A stretch of 61,960 nucleotides of DNA, filler included, from Platydemus manokwari (lineage: Eukaryota): assembly GCA_037951405.1 (NCBI GenBank). It is 5 parts of 5 records of this genome, joined end to end, with 100 filler letters (N's around TTAATTAATTAA, not from the genome) between each part and the next. Parts side by side here need not be neighbours in the genome. Positions count along the whole stretch, not along the records: positions 49,433 to 61,960 come from JBBMOY010098898.1; 4 more parts are not named here. One strand, given 5' to 3'. Positions 53,965 to 61,960 of this stretch are shown in pieces (position 1 is the first letter of the stretch; each line of letters begins with the position of its first letter). A program made the translations under genes and the position numbers. The notes below the pieces were generated by a model. It did not search any database, had not been told where the DNA came from, and saw only the letters and a list, made by a program, of their open reading frames with translations.

Positions 53965-54570
53965 ATATTTATAATAATAATAATAATAATTTGGCTTGAT
54001 TATAATATGGTGCCTGGAACCAAAAGAATATTTTAACAGATGTGCCGAAAATATATTGCTAATTTAAAAGTGCGCTTAAAGAGCGGGAGTATCTCTTGAA
54101 ATCACCATTATGTCTTTATTTGGAGTAGTCCATATTGCAGCAAGCGTGATTGCATAAGTTGTATATTTAGAAGTCTTCTTGGTAGAGTTAGTTGATAAAT
54201 AACGTGTGTTGTAATATACGAGCGTGCATAATAGGAGACTCTAGTTTGTGATAATAGACTGAAGTAGTTCCTGTGCTGGTATTTTCATGAGAATTATTGA
54301 AACAGGCGTCTTACCTTACGAGATAAATTTTCTTTATGGTTGTTACCATAAATATTTATTCGTATTCATAATTAATTGATCAATTTAGTGGTAGCCTGTA
54401 CAATGTGAGGGAGTTAGTTTTAGAATGAAAGAGCATGTTAAATTTGAGAAGTTCTAAATCACTTGAGAATATATCTATAAGTACGGACAAATACAACTAC
54501 TCATAGAATCCTTATTGATTCTAGGCAATTAGCAGACACAGTGAAAATTGCTTTGTCTAGGCACTCCATT
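53965..54570 (-). mobile_element. 3' end of a LINE (L2/CR1-like) with (ATT)n tail
   Basis: The decayed ORF2 end YAITLAAIWTTPNKDI...LFKRTFKL resembles IWNxLP...FKxxLK. It is followed by a short UTR ending CAAGCCAA(ATT)n. Confidence 0.4.
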
Positions 54571-56593
54571 TAAATTAATGGAATAAGCAATCGACACTCA
54601 CGTTTCAGACATGGATTTACAGCATTGTAGAAATTGTCATTTGAATTGATTTGTTGTGATGTGATTCTTTTTTTCTCTCTTACTGAATCATAATGATGAT
54701 TTCGAGTCTTGATATTTCTTAAGATTTGATTACAATTATAATTGGTTAGAAAAGGTTGTGATAATAAAAATAATTTGAAAAATACTTCGCACAAAACGAA
54801 TAAAGCATAATATATTGAAGAAATCATTCGATTTTAATATAATAATATCAGTTGACAAGTTTGACACAAAATCTTCCTAGATCTCTTGTGTTTTCTTTTA
54901 TGCTCGTCTGGAGTACGCATATTTTAAAAAATCTAAGCTCAAATTTCAGAGATATTATCTCCATCACTACATTGACAATTCAACTATATCTGAAGTTCTC
55001 ATTCTCGTATTTCCTCATTAACCTCCCTCATTCTGTGTATTCACCATTCTCTCAGTGTTCTCACCCTGAACTCTATCTATTACCATTTATTTTAAGACAG
55101 TACCACAATAAAGCTGTTCTTTCTACGTAAATTGCAGGGTCGCATAACCTTCAATCTTCTATTCTTATTCCTTCATTCATGTTTAGATAGGTCAGGTACC
55201 GATTTTAGAAGCGAGCATAAATTGGCTACCCAAATATCATACCGTTACAACAAGTTCAGTGATTTTTGCGGATATGTTAGGACTAAATCCAATTCAGAAT
55301 TCTAACAACCATCCAATTTCCTCAATCTTCATTACATCTCTAATGCGCAAAGAAACTTTAAAAATCCAGGAAGTCAATGACGGACCGTTGTGCGAACTTG
55401 ACGAGATGCTCTTACCGAGTAAATTTAGAAACTCTAAAGCTCTTAATCAACTACATCATTCATCCTTTCTTACAACTTTTCGTCATTAAAAGAATTCTCA
55501 AGTCTCACCATTATCAATTTCAGTAATGTCAATTCTTGTATTGTTTGGAAGATCAAATAGAAGATATCATATCAGTTCTCAATCAAACACAATTATTGAT
55601 AAGAAAACCATTACATTTAAAGCTAATGTGAAAGAAGTTTCTATCGTGCCGTGCAGATATTGTTTATACGAAATAAATATTATTTTATAATTACATACCC
55701 GTTCAATATCGACCGATTTAATAACCCTTTGTGACTAAGATGAATTTACTTAAAAATTGTTTTCTTTATTACACCAGTTCAATTTATTCAATTTTCTAAG
55801 CTGATATACTAAGCCACATTTATGATGTCAGCATTGGAAGACGAAAATAAAGTTACGGATGAATGCTGTTGCCTGTTTAAAAATCATTTCAATTCCTCAA
55901 ATATTTTCACAATTTTATTCTTAGGTTAGCTTTATTAATTTTTTCATTTTAATAATAATATCTATAAAAGCTAATTCAGCATCCTTAAGTTGTTTATCCA
56001 ATTATCTTCGCGGCCCTTGACAATAGTCAATATCAAGTCGTAAAGAAAAATTTTGGGAAAATCTTTACAAATCATAAGATAGAAAAGAACAACAATTATA
56101 GATATATTTTGTTGGAATGTGATGTTTGAAATTCTGTGAATTGAGATATTATCACGATTGAAGTAATTTTCCAAGTTGTTAGGAATTTTTTCTCATAGTC
56201 CATAACAAGCTTTAAAAATTTTATGATAAATATTGTGTAAAAATTTCTGATTCTCAAATATGTTCCTGGTTGTATGATCATGGACAATAAATATTTGACA
56301 TAAAACTTGATAAATATGAGTTTCGTAACTCTCTCATTTGATTTATAAAGTTCTTTATAAGGTATACGTATGAACCGTCTTCTGGTCGAAAGTGAAAATC
56401 TTTCTAGTCTTACTATATAAACAGGTTAAAAAAATCATTTGTAAATAAATATAATGAGCTACATAAGTTTCCAATAATCACTAATAGGGTATGATATCGT
56501 TTTCAGAGGAGTATGGCTGACTGTAATATCAAATTTTATCGGAAAGCCAAGTTTACATCCCAAAAAATAGAGATTGTGAATATATATATATAT

Positions 56594-56934
56594 TGTTGAA
56601 TGAGATAAAATTCTGCAAAAAGAAAAACGAAAATTATACCTGGAAACCCTTGTTTTGGCACTCGACACACAAAACACACATATAGGAATTGACCAATCCC
56701 ACTCATGTAAAAACTTAAAAACCCAATACGAACACAGAACGAAAAATATCAAATCAAAATATGATAAAACATGACATAAAAAATGCACACGGATCGCGAG
56801 TATAACAATAGATGTAAAGATGGAAGATTACCAGTTGAAAGCCAAGTTTGGGTTAAGACTTTGTAGTTTGTGTATTGATTAATACACCTTTTATTGGAGT
56901 CAGTTGTTTGTTATTAATAAATAAATACCCAACA
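56594..56934 (-). mobile_element. Solo LTR (Gypsy-type), 341 bp, same family as 42887-43382
   Basis: Termini are TGTTG...CAACA with a 4-bp TSD ATAT on both sides. The reverse complement shares TTTTTACATGA.TGGGATTGGTCAAT and CCAAAACAAGGGTT with the 43-kb copy. Confidence 0.85.
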
Positions 56935-58229
56935 ATATATATGTATGTTTGTGTGTTCTTGTGTGTCAGACACATTTGGAACCATTTTTGGTTTAGCAGG
57001 TTTTTTAAACCAAGCTCGACAGAGAGCAAAACACAAATATTTTTGTAACAAATAACATTTTTCGTATACATTTTATGGATTATTTTTTCTATTCGAATTA
57101 GCACACTAATCCAACTAGTATATCGATTAATATAGCGGTTATGAGTAGTAGAATTTTACTTATCCGGTACGCCTTGTATTTATGATAAAGGCGATTCTGA
57201 ATGATCGAGTCAATACAATTTCCGAAAACTAATGATGTTTTCATTGGTAGAACAAAAAATAACTCAAATGAATGAACTCTAAAGCGTTCTATCGATAAAT
57301 TCCGGATATTGGAATTGATAAACAATACTGCATTGATTTACAGATCCATTAATTCATCATCAAATAATTTTGGAATGAGTGTCAGATTTGTATGTATTAT
57401 CGACAATAATCAAACTCGACTAACCACATTTCCTGACTTTTTATTTCTTTTGAAATGATATTAAAGCAAAAGCGCTTTCTTTTGATCTGTAATCACCTTT
57501 CGGTGAGAATAAAGAGAAATTCTAATGAATATTATTATTTGTGAAATGATGTAAAAATTGAATTATATCGAACCGTTATGATATACACTAACAGAGCAGT
57601 GAGAACTGAAAACAATCAGCTTTTGTAAAATATTATTTATAATAACGAGTTGAGTTTTCACAAAACTGATTTGATTCTTGGTTTGATTTTTAATTTTGAT
57701 TTTGTATGACATTATCTTGTCTGCCTATTCAATTGATTCAGATTGTTCCACTTATTCCAGTAGATCCTTTTATACTTTATTCTAAATAGATGCGACCAAC
57801 ATGTAAATACCACTATCTTGTCTCTTCTGGATTTCCCTAATTACCACAGATAATATTAAAATATCCTGTAACCTGAGTTTCAAACCCAATATTCAAGAAT
57901 GGAGTTACATGGAAAAACTTTAGACGCAAGCTCTCCATCAAATCAAATTCCTCTTATCATAATGGTAATCAATCTTAATCAAATATCTGTGTATGAAACG
58001 ATATCTAGCATGAACAGTGATATATTATCCTTAGATTAATCACAAATAATAAATAACGATTCAAACAGCCAACCTCATATTCATAAACAACCAACCCCAC
58101 ACACATAAGCAATTACCTTGTTCCTATAACTCTCCATTAACATATCGACTACTTGCAAAAATTCCAATCACCACACCTAACTCCATTTTAATTACCACTA
58201 TGATGAATATATTGTATCTTTACCCCTAT

Positions 58230-58900
58230 GATGTTGATTTAATCCAGGCTAACAACACCATCTTCTTTGCGTCTTGATTCGTATATTGACTCTGATTCCT
58301 ATTCGATGAAATCTTCTCCGTCTCCAATATAACCTTCTTCCTTCACTTTTACCATATTTATACCTATAGGTTTGACTCAATCTATATTCAAACTTTTGCT
58401 CTCGATGATCGTAACGCTAATTGTAGTGTCTGTATCAAGATATATTTTTTCAAGTTTGCTAAAACAAAGCTTGTAGATAAAGTTTTCTAAACAAAGATGA
58501 TATAGAAATTCATCCTGAATTTGCAGCACATTGTTACTGTAGTTTTGTAGGCTGTGTAACTCCATATAACTATCATTTTGCAACCCATTTCCTTCCAAAT
58601 CATTTATGAATTCTCGCTGACATCCAAAATATCCAAGATATCCAAGTAGTCCAGTCATATATCTTACAAACTCTTCAAATCGTCTAATTCGGAATACAGC
58701 ATTTTAATCAAATTTCAACCTGTAATGCTGGAATCTATATATTGTGAACTTTGAAAAATCTGAATAATTCTTCATCTACCTTTATACCTACTTTATTTCT
58801 GATGACCAAAAAATGTTCTGGATCAAATTTGACTATCTATTTTAGAATTTACTTATCATTAAATAACCCCTCGAATCTAGCCAGTCTGTAATTGTAAATT
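58230..58900 (-). mobile_element. Ty3/Gypsy pol remnant (end of RT to start of RNase H)
   Basis: TFFGHQNKVGIKVDEE (cf. FLGH..S..GIKVD), GLLGYLGYFGCQREFIND (cf. LGxxGYYRRFI) and KIYLDTDT (cf. LxTDAS) occur in the expected order. Confidence 0.5.
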
Positions 58901-59049
58901 TACCAAAGAAGATCAACAACTTGGACTATGGCCTGTTAGTAACCTTTGAGATGATATTAATATTATTCTATTTGGAAAATCAAAACCCAAAAACGAGACT
59001 CTTACTCCTTATTATTGCCATAAATTTTAAACTCCATCAATTCCTATTG

Positions 59050-59400
59050 CACTCTGTCTATGATACACTTCTGTCTATCCATTGACTTCAAGTTCACCTG
59101 TTCCGTTCTTCTAGCTGAACCACCCTTGCTATGTTGATGACATTGTAATTATAAGTACTCACCAAAGATCTTCATCTAAAATTCACTGTTCAAAACTGTG
59201 GATACAATACAATAGCCCTACTAAACACATCGACCTTACCATCTCTGATGAACCAGATCCGTTAGTTGATAGCACTAACATCTGTAAATATCTTGGAATT
59301 CATTTTCGAAAAGCAAAGCTGGCATCAATCACTGAAATTCATCAATCAATCATAATCGACTTTGAAGTTATTTTTAAATTCTGTAAATCTCCTTCCTTCA
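59050..59400 (+). mobile_element. Non-LTR retrotransposon reverse-transcriptase fragment (R2/NeSL-like)
   Basis: In frame from 59115: LNHPCYVDDIVIIS (YxDD catalytic motif)...PLVDSTNICKYLGIHF (KYLG motif). Confidence 0.7.
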
Positions 59401-59524
59401 TTCACGCTTACCTTTGCGTAACTGAATCGAGAAAATCCTTTCAATCAATCAGATATTCACATGTTGTGACTATTATGGTTAATATTATTTATTACTTATC
59501 ATATTTTATTTATTATCTATCGCA

Positions 59525-59528
<4 letters not shown>

Positions 59529-59565
<37 letters not shown>

Positions 59566-59583
59566 GTTATTATTATTATTATT
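59529..59583. repeat. (ATT)n microsatellite
   Basis: ATT run with one GTT interruption. Confidence 0.95.
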
Positions 59584-61494
59584 ACAAATCAAATTGCTAA
59601 GCCAAATTCCTTTTCTAATCATGATAACTCTGTATGATTTTTTGATTTTGTGAATTTAATATGTTTAATGACTTATTTCGTAATTAATAATATATTATTA
59701 TTTGTTCCTATTGAATTATTGTAAAAATTTATAGTTTCTCCCAATTTCGTTCTAATGTTAAAATGGTGTCCTCGACAAATCTCATTAAATTGAAATTTGA
59801 CCTAACCTGACCTGTATTTTAAATAATCAGCTTTCATGTGATTTTAAAATAGAATTTTATTTAAAATTTCATTTCAAACAACTAAAGTTATTTTTGCGAG
59901 CCTATAAAATTCAAAATTATGTTAAATAATTTAGTTAAATAAACTATATAGATTTTTGCAATACGCTCAACAAATGAAATTTTTTAGAACACCTTTTTCC
60001 TAATTTTAGCTAAAAATCAATGAACATATTGAGCTTCTACATGATCCTGTTGTTGTGCTTCCTTCTTATTTGTTTGTTGTATTCTAATGTTCATTCTTAA
60101 ATTTCAAAGTTTTCATTTCCAGAAAATTCCCGATTTCTTAAAATATTTATTGTTTTATTGGTTTTGAAAAATAATTAATTATAGTTGATTGCTTCTTTCT
60201 TAATAATATGAATTAATTGTTTAAGTTTTATATTTTCTACATTATCCTTATTTTTTTCAACAAATAATTAATTTTAATCAATATTTAAAATTTTAAATTA
60301 TCGATTTTTCACATTGAGTATGGCTAAAATTCAAAAACCACTAAATTAAATTAATGAAAAACTAATTATTAAATAATAAAATAATCAATAATAAATTATA
60401 AAAATAAAATAGCATAAAAAATAAAGAAAAATTCGCAAGAAAATAGAATATTGCGAAACACCTTTGATCCATTTACCTTTCTAAATGCACCTTTTCTCAA
60501 TCCCTGGATTTTTAATTTATTAAAATAAATAATTTAATTTGTTTCAAGGAATTTTTAATTTCTTTGATGTACATTTTTTAAAGATAAAATTAAATGTTTT
60601 GCAAATAAAATGTTTTTATTTTGACATACAAAACTACGGAGAACGTAATTTCTTTAATTTCTTTGCATGGGTCGATTTTATTGAAAATCGATAGTGCATA
60701 AATCAATGTTTTATGGATGACAGGGATCTTATATAATGACATTTTGAAAAGTGAATTTTCTGCTATAATTATAGAAACAACTATTCTGTGTTTTATGAAA
60801 GGACTGAAGAGATTATGACGTAATATAGTTGTATAATAATAATTCTTTACCGAAACAAAATTTATTCTAAATGAGATGTAGAAAACAAAGCTAGTTACAA
60901 AATGATAAAAAAATCACTCATCTCGAATATTTAATTTTCATTCATCGATTTTTAATAGTTTTTAAGCAAATTAAGATTTAATGTGTTTGCTTAATCTTCA
61001 CATGATCAACTTTATGAACTAATATTGACCTTACCAGATCATGAAGACATGTTTAATGTCTGATATCTTGAATACGATTAATGAATTTGACAAGATTTCA
61101 AAATTATTTCGTTATTTAACTCAGGGTCATAAAAGGTAAACTTTCCAATGTATTGTGAAGGTTATAATTATAGTTTATATAGTTTTAATAGATTATAGTT
61201 TTAATGATCATATTAAATCGAAAATATATTGATATTAAAAATATCAATGATCAATTAAATTTGTTTAAATGTTTCGATAAAATGTATTTTTATATCTTGA
61301 AGTTCTTCGGTTCGTTTTCAATTCGAATTTTTGAAATAGAATCAAATAACAAGGTAATCAATATTTAAATTCTATACTGAGAAGATCAAAGCCTGGCAAT
61401 TATTAAACTGCAGATACAGAAGATAGATGTTAGAGTGAAAATAGAATATATGTAGGTAATAAATAAAGATTTGAATAAAGTTAATCATATAGGG

Positions 61495-61617
61495 CAGAGG
61501 TGGCCAACTTTTGTGTACGTAAGATCAACTTTTCATTTGAATGACATCTCACGCGATAGACTAAAATTGGCTTCAAGATCGACCAGTCGATCGCGATCGA
61601 CCGGTTGGCCATCTCTG
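61495..61617. mobile_element. hAT-superfamily MITE, 123 bp
   Basis: TIRs CAGAGGTGGCCAAC / GTTGGCCATCTCTG match at 13 of 14 positions. A perfect 8-bp TSD ATATAGGG lies at 61487-61494 and 61618-61625, and there are subterminal GATCGA repeats. Confidence 0.92.
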
Positions 61618-61885
61618 ATATAGGGAATACATAGGCATATAAGGATTATACCGAGAATTTCAGGAAATGAAGAAAAATGAATGGAGTTATCGATGATAGA
61701 AAATGTGTAAAAAATCAGAGAATTTTCAGAAGAATTTAAAATCATTTGATAATGAAATGATTATTTTTAATGGAAAATATATTGATATTAAAAATATAAA
61801 AGATCAATAAAATGTTAGTGAATAATTTTATTAAATATATCTTTGTTAGCCGAAGATCTTAGGTTCGTTTAGTTAATAAAATGTA

Positions 61886-61960
61886 CGAGGGTCGATTGAT
61901 AAATAAGGTCTCCAAGGCCGTAGTTTTGTTTGTAGTGTATGAAAAAAGAAGTTGTAACAC
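61886..61960 (+). mobile_element. Probable left end of a mariner element running off the window
   Basis: TA followed by CGAGGGTCGATTGATAAAT is typical of mariner TIR starts. The partner TIR is not in the window. Confidence 0.4.

Noticed and set aside
54005-54300. PAF-acetylhydrolase-like words (EPKEYF, PVLVFS) on the plus strand
   Set aside because: They are interrupted by stops with no splice signals. The minus strand is better explained as a LINE 3' end with an (ATT)n tail.
1-61960. CRISPR arrays, rRNA, tRNA or prokaryotic operons
   Set aside because: None were seen. The spliced genes and TE content show eukaryotic nuclear DNA, and the tandem repeats lack unique spacers.

Overview
Very AT-rich eukaryotic (metazoan) genomic DNA with ~50-nt GT-AG introns and many decayed transposons. 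The style fits a flatworm/planarian-like invertebrate, but this is inference. The window is not one continuous locus: four identical 100-nt artificial spacers (44 N + TTAATTAATTAA + 44 N) join five separate contigs. Host genes supported by splice sites and reading frame are FKBP12 (2 exons), the spliceosomal helicase Aquarius/AQR (3 exons, with an acidic 8-aa repeat tail) and the 3' half of an SVOP/SV2-like MFS transporter. A fourth is a probable three-exon gene that fuses a C2H2 zinc-finger exon in frame to a hAT-transposase-type TTF zinc-finger exon, a candidate domesticated-transposase transcription factor. Mobile DNA includes a complete but dead Tc1/mariner element with DD37D (maT)-like spacing, a hAT MITE with a perfect 8-bp TSD, solo LTRs with 4-bp TSDs, RLE-type non-LTR fragments and Gypsy remnants. 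There are also two diverged, convergently oriented copies of an unknown A-rich polyprotein ORF that appears to carry several ubiquitin-like domains.
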